Shown here piece after piece: positions 13,797 to 26,379 of a stretch of DNA of 64,000 bases. This stretch comes from the human T2T-CHM13v2.0 reference genome, Homo sapiens, in assembly GCF_009914755.1 (NCBI RefSeq), contig NC_060935.1; one strand, written 5' to 3'. The notes below the pieces were generated by a model, which worked only from the letters and a program-made list of their open reading frames with translations, did not search any database and had not been told where the DNA came from. The translations under genes were made by a program, and so were the position numbers. Within the stretch, counting starts at the first letter, position 1, and each line of letters opens with the position of its first letter.

Positions 13797-14513
13797 TGTC
13801 ACCAGTAGGCCAGTTCTGGTCCTTGATTTAGCTGCACAAAAGAATTTGAGAGTGAGTCAAAAGTTAGAATGAGCAAAGAAGTTTATTGCAAGGCAAAAGT
13901 ATGTTCTAAGAGGAAAAGAAGGCTGCTCAAAGAGAGAGACAGCAACTAGTGCCTTAAGAGGAATTTTTTTTTATGGGAGTTTTACATACACATAAAATAC
14001 TGGTGAGGTCAAGTATGCAGAGGTGAATCTGCAGTTGGCGCATGCGCTCAGAATCTTCGTGCACTAATGCACATTGCAAGTATCATTGGCGTGTAAAATC
14101 TCCACCTAGGAGTGTGTTTTTACTATTAAAATGATGAAAAGTTTGCTATACATTAACTTTGAGCCTAGCTGTGCATGTGGGATCCTGGAGAAGTCCCTTG
14201 CCCTCTCCTCCAGGAAGGAATTTGTAGCTAATAGCTTCTTGGGCTTTTAGTGCTGATTAATTGGCTGGAGATTGAGCCAATCTACATCAGGAATAAGGGG
14301 CTTTTGTTCTCTTTCCCAGGCTGTACTAGGTATCGGGAACCTGTAGCCATCTGATATTCTGCTGGTGTTCTATACAACCACTTATCTTATAAGAGAGTTA
14401 GGTGTTGATGCATGAAGGTGCAAGCTAAAAGAGCTAATTGTGAAAGGGGCCCGCTGGGCTTCACTCAAAGAGACATGTCAGTACGGCCTCCTAACTTTAC
14501 TTATACTGCTTCA
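13797..14513 (-). mobile_element. ERV1 solo LTR (MER66-like)
   Basis: TG...CA termini; minus-strand start tgaagcagtataagtaaagttaggaggccgtactgac; minus-strand AATAAA near 13883; flanks aaac/taac. Confidence 0.75.
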
Positions 14514-14632
14514 TAACCACTATGCCCAACATTTTAAATGGGCTATGGAGGCCACAATGATTTAACTGCAGACCTAGAACATTATCATGTATTTTTTAGC
14601 TAGACCATACAGTGAACCAACGTCATGTAGAC

Positions 14633-14800
14633 CAATGGTTTCCAAAATATGTTGCCCAAACCAGCAGACTAACCTTCACTTCTAAGCTTGTTAGAAACGT
14701 AAATCATGAGCCCATCCCAATTGAATGAATCAAAACCTCTAGCTGGAGGAGATGGAGGCAAGGATGTTTTTATATATGCTAAAGATTAAGATGCATTGAT
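14633..14800. mobile_element. MER5A-like hAT MITE
   Basis: caatggtttccaaa...cttgttagaaacgtaaat...aatcaaaacctct...atgctaaagattaagatgcattg. Confidence 0.65.
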
Positions 14801-16489
14801 ATAAAAATAGCTTTCTTAGCATTTCACTCTTCATTCAACAAGGATGTATTTTGTATAAAGCACTTTTCTGAAAACTAGACAGTCAGTGGTGAACAAGGTA
14901 GACATGGCTCTGCCTTTATGAAGCTGAGCAAACTTTAGTGGTGGAGAAAACTGTTAAGCAATGACTTTTTCAATTAATGATTTCATTGCAATTCTGGTTA
15001 ATGTGGTAAAAAATAACGATTTTTGAGGTATTTGAGAACATACAATGGGAAAACAATATCTTTGGTACATCTTGGCATTGTGATGGTGTATATAAAATAA
15101 ACACACAATTTTCAGATAAAAACCGTGAAGATATAATAAAATGACTTCGTGTGATGCCAGTGTAACCCAGGGGATGACCTTTCATAGACAGCAAACTAAA
15201 GACGAGAAGACCTATGTGGAATTGTAATAGTGGCTCCAAGACATTTCTCACACTTAAACTCCTCTCTCTTTAAATAATATTAAGTGATTCAGTGTAGCAG
15301 ATATGTGAATCTATTCTAACATCAAGGGATAAATTAACTCCTGCCTGGTGCTCAATGCAATGATTCTTAAATCGACTTGGCATTCACACATCACAACAGA
15401 AATATAAGGATGCCGGGGCTTGGTGGTTAGCACAGGACATGTGCAAAGGCACAATGGGATAGAGATTAGATTCCATCATTGAGCGAGGTACAATCCCCGC
15501 TCCTGTGGCCCCCAGTGAGCACTCCACAATTCTATCCTGTTAAGCTAAAGGAACTCTTTAGATGAGATAGATAAAGAATAATGAACTGAAATAAATTGAA
15601 ATGTACTTGCCAAATATATTTTTATAGATTCATTTTTTCTATGAACCCTTCAGTTCTTCAAATGTACTATTGAAAATAGTGAAAAGAAGAGTCTTTTTTT
15701 GCATCCTGATATTTTTCTCTTTTTGGAGGGAGGGGGAATTCCTTCAAAGCTGAAATTTCCTATTCTTCCATATTCCGGGGGACTTCCTCTCTTTTGTCAT
15801 CCTCTTCTATTTAGATCAACATTTCATTTTCTGTTATGTTCTATTTGATTACATACTGTATGGTGCCAGTATAATATTTTAATCATTTTTATTTTGTAAC
15901 ACAGTACCTGATACATGCTAGATTCTTAATAATGTTTTATTTGGCATATGAATGAATTAACACATGAATGTGTGTTGCTTAACCTACCATTCGGCAAGTT
16001 TTTAGAAAGAGTTGGAGTGGTGGAGATGAACTATTTATAAGGGTGGATTCAGACCTGGATTATGAAATGGGATTGGGATTGTGATGAATCCAAGGGATTT
16101 ATTATTTTTTTAATTAGCATTGCATTGCCCTGGTGTCACCTCCTTTCTCCTCATAGCTCATAACACAATTTAAGTTAAATAATTACTGACAAGATGAATC
16201 TCCTTTTCCTCCACTAAAGTATTAGCTCCACGAGAATAGAGACAGCTTACTTTACATTGTTTTATTCCAGAAATACAGTACTCCTACAACAATGTTCTGA
16301 ATCTAGAAAATTCTGAGTAAATATTAGTCGGATGATACCTTATCTTGGTTTCTTTGAGAAGTTGACACTGAGGCAAGGATTCAAGTACAAATATTTCATT
16401 TGGGAGCTGAAGGAGACATCTGTAGAAAACTTAGATAATCAAAAAAGGGAAAAAAAAACAGTTAATAGAAGATATGCTATCAAGAGTGT

Positions 16490-17440
16490 ACACTAGCCCC
16501 AACACACACCAGTTCATTTTGCTCCATTAAGGAAAGACAAGGGTGGATGCTCAGCTCCCCACTGGAACCCTTTGACACAGCAATGAGGGTTCTATATTGA
16601 AGTAGAGGGCTAAGAAGCCCTGCCTCGAATTGCTTTGGTCATTCTCCTTGGTACCAGGTGGTTTTGGGGGGTTCCGCTCCCCACCAGCTCTCACTGACTA
16701 CAAATATGAAAGAAAGTAGGATGCTGTCTTCCCCTGACTTGCACCCTTTGCCGCTGGGTGAGGGTGGACACTCAGCTAGCCACTGGACTCTGCTGACAAC
16801 ATACCCACTGACTGCTTCTGCTGAGTACTAGAAGAGAGACCAGCTCCCAGCTCAGACGCAGGTACACTACCTTCACTTGCTGGGGAAACAGAGTGCCACC
16901 CACTTGCATTGAGCCAGGGATGGAAGATTAGCTCATTGCTAGGCACCATTATCACAAGGCAGAAAAATTACAGCACTGTTGTCTGTTTTCCCCAGCTGCC
17001 GGTTGGTGGGGTGGGATATTGACAATTAAATCAGCCCTCCAGAAACCATGAGGGGTACAGGGTAATTTTCCATAGGTATTTGGACTGACTAGGCCAATAT
17101 TTTGCTGAAAAGGTTTTTTGCTGTCTTAGGCCATCCCTTCTCCTGTCATTTAGCTAGGCTTAACAGGCTTTCTCAGAGCTGCTTTTGCTCTGTTGGCTGT
17201 TCTGGATTGGAGGCACCCAATATGAATATATGAGAGATAATAAGTAAACCCAGGGAATTCACCACTGTGCCACTGTGTCATTTCTCAACATCGCTAGACA
17301 CCCCTCCTTCTTTGCCATTTTCCACTCTTCCAACTTCCTATGTTTATTTTTCTGTGTTATGTCACAGGTTTTTTAGTTGTAAGAAGGAGGACCTGGGACA
17401 AACGGACTATTTCGTTTGGGCCAGAACCAACAATCCCCTC
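16490..17440 (-). mobile_element. Ancient L1M 5' region relic
   Basis: Locally GC-richer stretch with repeated ctcagctccccactgg units and aaacccagggaattcaccactgtg, typical of old L1 5' ends. Confidence 0.45.
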
Positions 17441-18254
17441 AAATTATCTTTGAAGCCCAAATGATTATGGAAAACTTCAAGCATATATTCCATTGAGTTT
17501 AACACTTGTCTTCTATTTACATTATTTATTTTCCTATATGGTTAGAGAGTTAGGTGAGTGGAAAAAAAATTCTTTCATTTTAAATGATGCCACTGGTGGA
17601 AGTTCTTATACATGTTTCTCTTGCAATCTTCCTAGCTGGGATATTTTTTTTTTATGAGGGAAGATAAAGAAAAGATATTACAGCATATTTCACATGGTAA
17701 GTTTTTTAAACTGTTCTTAATATTTTTTCTCGGTCTCTGGATTCAGGGTACACACAGGTGCCATGTACTCTATTTTTCAGCCTCATTTATTTAGAATTTA
17801 ATCTCACACTCAAAATCCAAAATCACTTTCTCTTCCCAACTGCAGTGACCTAAAAAGTTTGCCTTAAATATGACTCCATAGACGTATTTATATTTAATCA
17901 AGCCTCTTTACTGACACTCCTGGCTACAGCTGCTGATTCTGTTGCTGACAAGGGCAGGAAGGACTTTGAGGAGAACGTTATGGGACCTAGCTAATTCAAT
18001 GCATAAGCTTTTTTTTTTTTTTTTTTTAGAAAAACAACATCACACAGAAGTCAAATGATGATGATTTATCTATAGTATTATAGTTTCTAGCAATGTAGTA
18101 TACAAAACAGAAATCCAAGAAAGAGAAAGAAATAAAAACAACCACAGCCACAAGAACACTGAAGAAAATGCATCCAGATTGTTTTAGTCTTGATTTTCTA
18201 AAGACACTCTTGTGAGTTAAACATTTATTTAGTTCTCTATAGGTTACAGGTAAC

Positions 18255-18490
18255 ATATAGAGTCAGTGAGTACCCAGTGTATTTGGGTTCAAATCCTCAT
18301 TGTCCCACTTACTGCATATGTAAATTTTGTCAAATCATTTAATGTGGCAGACTGTTTTCTAATCTGTAAGATGGTCATAATAACAGTGACTACTTCATAG
18401 ATTGATATGAAGACAAATAATTAATAAATGTGAAGTGCAAAGAATGGTGCTTAGCAAGATATTTATGCTCCAGAAATGCTAGTTGTTTTC
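18255..18490 (+). mobile_element. MIR SINE
   Basis: tgggttcaaatcc...cacttactg...aatctgtaagatgg...cttcatagattg. Confidence 0.75.
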
Positions 18491-18848
18491 AGTAATCTTC
18501 GGGGCAATGATTTGCTATAATTTTGCGAACTCTGCAATTTTTTTGGAAATCTACCCCTACTTACGGAGTTATCAGAGATGTCAAAGACAAATAAATCATA
18601 GCCTGTGACACCAAAGAAGTTATTATCTATGAGAAATAAAATAAAGAGAAATGAAGAAGTAGACTAATATTGTGGAGTGAATACTATGTGCCAGTTGACA
18701 ATAGTCAATACCATCCCCATTTTGCAATAAAATAAAGTAGAGGAACAAACTCAAAGTCACACAGTTAAATTCAGATATTCAAGTGCAGGTGTATCTGAAG
18801 TCACAGATTATAGAAAACTCTTTCTTTCAACATTAATTAATAACAAAA

Positions 18849-21155
18849 TGATATGGTTTGGCAGTGTCCTCACCCAAATCTCACTGTGAATTGTAACTCC
18901 CACAATTCCCATGTGTCATGGGAGGAACCTAGTGAGAGGTGACTGAATTACGGGGGCAGGTCTTTCGTGTGCTGTTCTCATGATAGTGAATGAGTCTTAT
19001 GAGATCTGATGGTTTGATAAGGGGAAACCTGTTTCACTTGGCTCTCATCATTCTCTCTCTTGCCTGCTGTGATGTAAGACATGCCTTTCATCTTGTACCA
19101 TGATTGTGAGGCCTCCCCAGCCATGTGGAACTGTAAGTCCAATCAAGCCTCTTTCTTTTGTAAATTGCCCAGTCTTGGGTATGTCTTTATCAGAGGAGTG
19201 AAAATGGGCTAATGCAGTAAATTGATACTAGTAGAGTGGGACATTGCTGAAAAAATATGTGAAAATGTGGCAGTGACTTTGGATCTGGGTAACAAGCAGA
19301 GGTTGGAACACTTTGGAGGGCTCAGGAGAAGGCAGGAAAATGTGGAAAAGTTTGAAACTTCCTAGAGACTTGTTGAGTAGCTTTGACAAAAATGCTGATA
19401 GTGTTATGAACATTAAGCTCCAGGCTGAGGTGGTCTCAGATGGAGATGAGAAACTTGTTGGAAGCTGGAGCAAATGAGACTCTTGTTATGTTTTAGCAGA
19501 GACTGGTGGCATTTTCCCTTGCCCTAGAGATTTGGGGAACTTGGAACTTGAGAGAGATGATTTAGGGTATCTGGCAGAAGATATTTCTAAGCAGCAAAGC
19601 ATTGAAGAAGTGACTTGGGTGCTGTTAAAGGCATTCAGTTTTATAAGGGAAGAAGAACATAAAAGTTCAGAAAATTTGCAGCCTGGCAATGCAATAGAAA
19701 AGAAAATCCTATTTTCTGAGAAGGAATTTAAGCCAGTTGCGAAATCTGCATAAGTCACAAGGAGCTGAATGTTAATCACCAAGACAATGGGGAAAATGTC
19801 TCCAGGGCACGTCTGAGATTTTTGCTGCAGCCCCTCCCATCACATGCCCAGAAGTTCGGGAGGAAAAAATGGTTTCATGGGTCAGGACCAGGGTCCCTCT
19901 GCTCTGTGCAGTCTAGGGACTTGGTTTCCTGCATCCCAGCCATTCCAGCTGTGACTAAAAGAGGCCAAGGTACTGCTTGGGCTGCTGCTTCAGAGGGTAG
20001 CCAAGCCTTGGCAACTTCCTCATGGTGTTGAGCCTACAAGTGCACAGAAGTCAAGAATTGGGATTTTGGAACATCCACCTAGATTTTGGAAGATGTATGG
20101 AAACACCTGGATTCCCAGGCAGAAGTTTGCTGCAGAGGTGGGCCCCTCAGTAAGAACCTCTGCTAGGGCAGTGCAGAAGGGAAGTGTGGGGTGGGAGCAC
20201 CTACACAGAGTCCCTACTGGGGCACTGCCTGGTGGAACTGTGAGAAGAGGCCCACCATCCTCCAGACCCTAGAATGGTAGATCCTTCGACAGCTTGCACC
20301 ATGCACCTGGAAAAGCCGCAGACACTCAACACCAGCCCATGAAAGTAGCTGGCAGGGAGGCTGTACCCTGCAAACCCACAGGGGTGGAGCTTCCCAAGAC
20401 CATGGGAACCCACCTCTTGCACCAACATGACCTGGATGTGAGACACAGAGTTAAAGGAGATCATTTTGGAGCTTTAAGATTTGACTGCCTCACTGGATTT
20501 TGGATTGGCATGGGGCCTGTAGCCTCTTTGTTTTGGCCAATTTCTCCCATTTAGAATGGCTGTATTTACCCAATGACTATGCCCTCATTGTATCTAGGAA
20601 GTAACTAACTTGTTTTTTAATTTACAGGTTCATAGGCAGAAGGGACTTGCCTTGTCTCAGATGAGACATTGGACTGTGGACTTTTGAGTCAATGCTGAAA
20701 TAAGTTAAGACGTTGGGGGATTGTTGGGATGGTGTGATTGGTTCGGAAATGTGTGGACATGAGATTTGGAAGGGGCCGGGGTGGAATGACATGGTTTGGC
20801 TGTATCATCACCAAAATCTCATCTTGAATTGTAACTCCCGCAATTCCCATGTGTCATGGGAGGAACCCAGTAAGAGGTGATTGAATTGTGTGGGCAGGTC
20901 TTTCCTGCACTGTTCTCATGATAGTGAAAGAGTCTCACGAGATCTGATGATTTGATCAGGGCAAACTCACTTTGCCTGGGTCTTATCATTCTACTCTCTT
21001 ACCTGCTGTGATGTAAGACATGCCTTTCTCCTTCCACCATGATTGTGAGGCCTCCCCAGCCATGTGGAACTATAAATCCAATAAAACCTCTTTCTTTTGT
21101 AAATTGCCCAGTCTTGTATATGTCTTTATCAGCAGTGTGAAAATGGACTAATACA
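18849..21155 (+). mobile_element. Full THE1C MaLR element (LTR 18849-19216, internal 19217-20786, LTR 20787-21155)
   Basis: Two ~368-bp direct LTRs (tgatatggtttgg...ctaataca) flank a THE1 internal sequence; 5-bp TSD caaaa/cacaa. Confidence 0.93.
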
Positions 21156-21639
21156 CACAAAAAAGGATACATTATGGTCTGAAGGTGATTCCAAACTCAC
21201 CATGAACCGATGTCAGTCTTACCTTGTACATGGCCAGTGTCTTGCCTGAATGACAACTCCCAGAAGAAGAAGAATTTGATCATCACAGTCTCCTCCTCTG
21301 TAAAATGAGGTGGGCAGAGGAAATATCTCTAAGGCCCATTCCCATTCTAGCAATCTGCAAACCTATAAATGTTTATGTTCTGGAACCTTATTTTTATATT
21401 ATTAATGACAATTTTGGGTACTATTTGATAAACAGAAATAAAATTTAGCAGATAGGTTTGTAACCTGCTGTGAAGCAGGTTGGCTATTGAAGAAATTGTT
21501 TTAAAAACTTTTATAACATAAGGTAAGAAGAAACCAAATAATTATAGAGATTAGGGGTTAACTAGGAAAACCAAAAGGATGTACAGGTGTGATGTGCTTG
21601 GAGGCCCCATGAGATTCTATACTCATTTAATGACTCACT

Positions 21640-21850
21640 AAAACACCAAGGCATACTTAATGCATATTATCTTATTGAATCCTTACAAAATCCCTGTAAA
21701 ATTGGGTTATTAAATCCCCAATTTTAAGTGACTGATGGAACCTCAAAGAGGTTAAGTAATTGCCCCCACAAGGTCATACTGCTTTACTGAGGGAATGCTG
21801 GAATTAAAATTCAAGTCTCCATGTGGCAATGTCCATTGTCCTTCTACTGT
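21640..21850 (-). mobile_element. MIR SINE
   Basis: gaatccttacaaaatccctg...cccaatttta...gaggttaagtaattgccc. Confidence 0.7.
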
Positions 21851-23039
21851 TTTAGAAAGCCTCCCAAAGTTTTCTGTGCATAACAAATGCTTTTCTTCTC
21901 ATGTATTAATATAAATAACAGTACAGGTCATTACTGTTATTATTTACATAAATAAAAGTATGGGTCATTGCTATATTTATGGTAGTTATTTACAATAAGT
22001 ACTGACTTTTTAACTATTCTGAACATTGAAATAAAATGCTATTTTCATTCACTGATGGAGCTGGACCTATTAAACACCAAAGCCTTTCACTGTAATTTTC
22101 TTAGAAAGTATTTTCAGGAATGGAAGAGCAAAGGGACTGACATTTTGTAATAAATTACTCTGATCCAATCACTTAACATGTCTTATTTAAACATTGCAAT
22201 GTTTGGGGAAAATATTATCTTCCTTGTCTAACAGATGAAGAAGCTAAGGCTTAGAGAGTTTAAATAAGAAGCTACAGGGCCTTGTGATTCAAAAGCCCCT
22301 CTTTTACAATATTGCCTCCCAGAGCTAATTTCCAAATCAGGCTTTATTTTTCTTATGTTCCTTTAAACTTTTGGCTGGTATTTTCTTTAAGTTTTTATTT
22401 TAGTGCATCTCTAAAAGTTCAGAAATATATATTGACATTAGTAGTATAAACATAAACAGAAAGTCTATGTTGTTCAGACAGTGATCAAATCAAAGTCTCA
22501 GTACTCACATTGTTGGTGAGTGACTTATGCTTTTAATGAACATAAAGGTATATAAGTTAAGAAATTATTGATCATTTTAGGCCCTCAGTTTGCATTTGCT
22601 CAATCAGGGAATCAGTAATTTTTATGGCTGAATAACAACCAGCATTTCTGGAGTACTTGTGCCTCACCACCATGTCGAATCAGGTTAATAAGTTGTGCTG
22701 ATTCTTTTATTTTTTCCCAAATAAATCTTTTTTCCCCCTTAGGGATCTTATCTTCAGCCATCTAAAATTTCTTCAAGTCAAAGAATACTCAACCCTTGAC
22801 ACATATGTCTAAATTTTTGTAATTTTTAAGCAAGAGCTTGGTTTGCTGTATGCCATAAGCTAAATGGACAATTTGAGGCACACATTTGTCTGGAGAAAAA
22901 GTCTTGCTCTCAGCAACAGTTTAAAATGTTTCAGTGAGTAGCTATTGAAAGTGATATATTATGCAAGCAATTTCTTTGTAGTTATTTGTAGAAACAGCTC
23001 AGCTACTTAGACACAAATAAGTGGTGAAGCCAAGGTGAA

Positions 23040-23295
23040 GTGTTCCCCAAATTCCCATGCTGAGTTGTTTGTTCTGTCCTTTGTGCTCCCACAGCACTTC
23101 CTTCTTACTTCTGAAATAGCACTCACCAGCTTCTACTTATTTGTTTACATACAATTCTCCTGCCACATTTGACTATTAACTCTTCAAGGTCAAGGACCAA
23201 GTCTTAGTCCTCATTATACCTCGACTACCTACCACAGTGGCATATACATAATAAGAGCTCAATTATAGTCCTGAAGCGAGTGAATGAAGGAAAGA
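23040..23295 (+). mobile_element. L2 3' end
   Basis: aactcttcaaggtcaaggacc...gagctcaatta...gagtgaatgaa tail. Confidence 0.65.
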
Positions 23296-23330
23296 ACAAA
23301 GGTCTCTATATTCTTCTCAATATTAAGATT

Positions 23331-23763
23331 TGTGGGGACCAAGATTGTGTGCCACCTGGATTCTCCTTCAACTTCTTGTTCTAGCTTCTGGGAATGTTGT
23401 CAGCAGCCAGACTTCAGTTCTCAACACCTGCAGAGATTGTCTCATCTGCAAAGAGCTGCCTTGCTGAAGGTCAAACTCATTTACCTGGTAGGCCATATCC
23501 ACTGACTGTTCCACATAACACAATAAAGCACTTGCTAACTCATCCAAGAGGGAAGAAATTTGAAAAGCTGATCAAACTCCGGAGTTCTCTTAGGATTGTA
23601 AAGGTTGCCATTGATCCTACATATCAATATAGCATTTTCTTCTTCCCAATCCTGTTTCCCTACTTTCTCTTCCATGAATGTTGATCACAAAGACACTCCT
23701 TAGTGAACATACTGCAAATTAATCTCTGTCTTAGAATCTACTTTCCAAAGAACTCAGCTTACA
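23331..23763 (+). mobile_element. LTR16-like ERVL LTR
   Basis: tgtggg...ggattctccttca...tgttgatc...aatctctgtcttagaatctacttt...aca. Confidence 0.65.
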
Positions 23764-24279
23764 ATGTTTTAAGAAGTATAATTATGAACAAATATAGTAA
23801 GAATCTGCTTTAGTGTGTCACTTCCACCCTTACTTCTCCAGTGGAAATCTATGCTGATTTACAGATTACATGCCAGGAAGTGTTATGTGGTTTCACCTAC
23901 ATGATGTAATATAATTATTACTTCAGCCCTGCATATTAGGCATTCTGTTCTAATTCCAAACTTTATATGTGGCTCAAAGAGTTCAAGAAATATACCAAGT
24001 TCTTACAGGTCATCTGAAGCTGGAAGTTAAATTTTCTTCAAAACCTGATAATATAATAAAAGCAAAAACCAAATTGGAAGTCTGGGAGATTTTATTTTAC
24101 CTTCTACACTTACTAAAAGACCACAGGCTGGCATGATATGTCACTTTTAATAGCTGTTCATTGAAATGTTCTATAGATGGTTGTTTCTCCTTTTCACTGC
24201 CTTCTCTATTTTTCTTCAAAATAGGGATTGAAAGCCAGGTGCCTAATTTGTTTGTATAAATCCTCATTGTGTTTTCAGG

Positions 24280-24739
24280 GATCTTAGATTGGGTTCTTTA
24301 GAAATAGAGCTTAAACTGCTGAGGTCTCTGATTCAAGTGATTTATTAGAAAAGGAGAGCAAGGAGAAGGAGAGTGGAGAGACCAGGATGGAGAAAGGAAC
24401 AATGCTAAGTTAGCTTATGTTTTCAGCTGAAGATTACCTTCAGACTGATTCCAGTGTCTGGACAATAAATGTACCACAAAGTTAGTCTTTTCTGGAGGCA
24501 AGGAGGCAAACTTTTGTACCATTATGTAAGTTATTCATTGGTTATGGGTATAGCTATATGACTATACATTGGCTCCCCCAGGTAGGTATAATCAACCAGG
24601 TACCACCTGGGAGGTGAAGGTCAATAATTCAGAGAAGGAACTATATGTGTGCCATTAACAGTGGACTCACAGCAGCAGTCATATAAGTGCACTGGTTCAG
24701 AGATGGGGACCTGTGAGAAGCATCAGAATATTCGCTACA
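24280..24739 (-). mobile_element. ERVL LTR (LTR33/LTR16-like)
   Basis: cttagattgggttc...caagtgatttatt...gctaca. Confidence 0.55.
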
Positions 24740-24759
24740 TCACTTTTATGGTCTGTATG

Positions 24760-25560
24760 TATTCAATGGATATTTATTCAACCAAGTTCTGGGCTTATAC
24801 TACATACTAGAAAAACAGAAATGAATAAAACAAAAAGTCATGTCCTATTAGAACTTGCTTTCTAGTAGAGGGAGACAGGTAATAAATAAATAAATAAACT
24901 ATTCAATATGACAATGACCATTAAGGAGTGTGAAGAAAAATACAGAAGGGAAATGGTTGACATTTTTAATAAAATAGCTAGGGAATGCTTTACTGAGAAG
25001 ATGACCCTGGAGCAAAATCCTTAGAGGAGATAAGTAGACAAGTCATATGAACATTGTGAGAAGGAATCTTCCAGCAGAAAGAACTGCAGGTGCAAAGTCC
25101 TCAAGATGGGAGTTCTTTTCATTTGCAAGAAGAAACAAGGATGCCAACATAGCTGAAATAGAGAGATCTATGGAAAGAGTAATAGAGAAAAGATATGAAA
25201 GGGGTAAAGGCCGGCCAGGTAGAATCTTATAAGTTACTAAAAGTACTTGACTTTTACTTTGCATGAGATAGAAAGTCACTGGGAGGATTCTCAGTAAAAG
25301 AATGGCATCATCTGAATCATATCATGAAAATATCTGTCTGCAGGTTTGAGAAGAGGTGAATGAACAAGGAGAATAGGAACACTAGCGGGAAAGCTATTAC
25401 AGTATCTAGCAGAGAGTTGTCTGTGGCTAGAATCAGAATGAGATAGTGAAGATGGGTGAGATTTTATCTGATTCTGAATATATTTTGAAGATACAGCCAA
25501 CAAGACTTTTTGACTGATTATATACGTGGGATGAGAGAAGGAAGAGTGGAACATGATTCT
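24760..25560 (-). mobile_element. L2 3' portion
   Basis: attcaatggatatttatt...ttccagcagaaagaactgcaggtgcaaagtcct...atattttgaagatacagccaacaagac. Confidence 0.8.
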
Positions 25561-25685
25561 AAACTATAATAACACTTGACCAGCAAGGTTGGTCTTAGTT
25601 TCTGATTGATGGCCAAATTCATTCGATACAATAATTTTTATAAGTATCATGTTTACTTAGCTTTAAGAAAGTATGCAGGACAAGA

Positions 25686-25960
25686 TTTTTTTAACTTCTA
25701 TTTTAAGTTCGGGGGTACAAGTGTAGGTTTGTTGCATAGGTAAACTTGTGTTACGTCAGTTTGCTGTATAGATTATTTCATCCCCCAGGTATTAAGCCTA
25801 GTACCCTGTAGTTGTTTTTCTTGATCATCTTCTTCCTCCTACCCTCCACTCTCCAAAAGGCCTCAGTATGTTCTGTTCTGGTCTACATGTCCATGTGTTC
25901 TCATCATTTAGCTCCCACTTCTAAGTGAGAACATGTGGTATTTGGTTTACTGTTCCTGTG
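25686..25960 (-). mobile_element. 5'-truncated L1PA (old, PA13-16-like) 3' end
   Basis: ttttaagttcgggggtacaagtgtaggtttgttgcataggtaaac...gctcccacttctaagtgagaacatg. Confidence 0.85.
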
Positions 25961-26379
25961 TTATGGCAATGGCATAGCAGAAATCTTGACTTACATGAGC
26001 AATTTCTGAAATCCCCAAATCACTATATATTCCACATGCACAAGTTAATAAGGAAAGAAGCTGAGTGGGAAAGATTGATGTCGGCCCAGGAAAGCCAGTA
26101 GCTTTGAGGTCCCTTCAGTTCTTTAACTCAGTGCCCATTTTCTGGTGCTGCTGTGTCTTATAAACTCTGGTTAGTCAATCTCAATACACAATCTCAACAA
26201 CTAATAACAGGTGTTTACTCCTGTACATAATAACCTTGGCTATAATCTCTGAATGTATCATACTCCTATACATTTCATGAGTTATTATAGTGGGGGAAGA
26301 TTTGATCAAGATCTGGATAATCAAGTGATGGAGAAAGGCCACAGTTTGGCCACTGGCACCTATTTTTTTATAAATGTTT

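Noticed and set aside
15199-15212. aagacgagaagacc matches a conserved mitochondrial 16S rRNA motif (possible NUMT)
   Set aside because: Only 14 nt match and the flanks do not continue the mitochondrial sequence convincingly.
19228-20554. Cluster of ORFs on both strands
   Set aside because: All lie in the decayed THE1 internal region.
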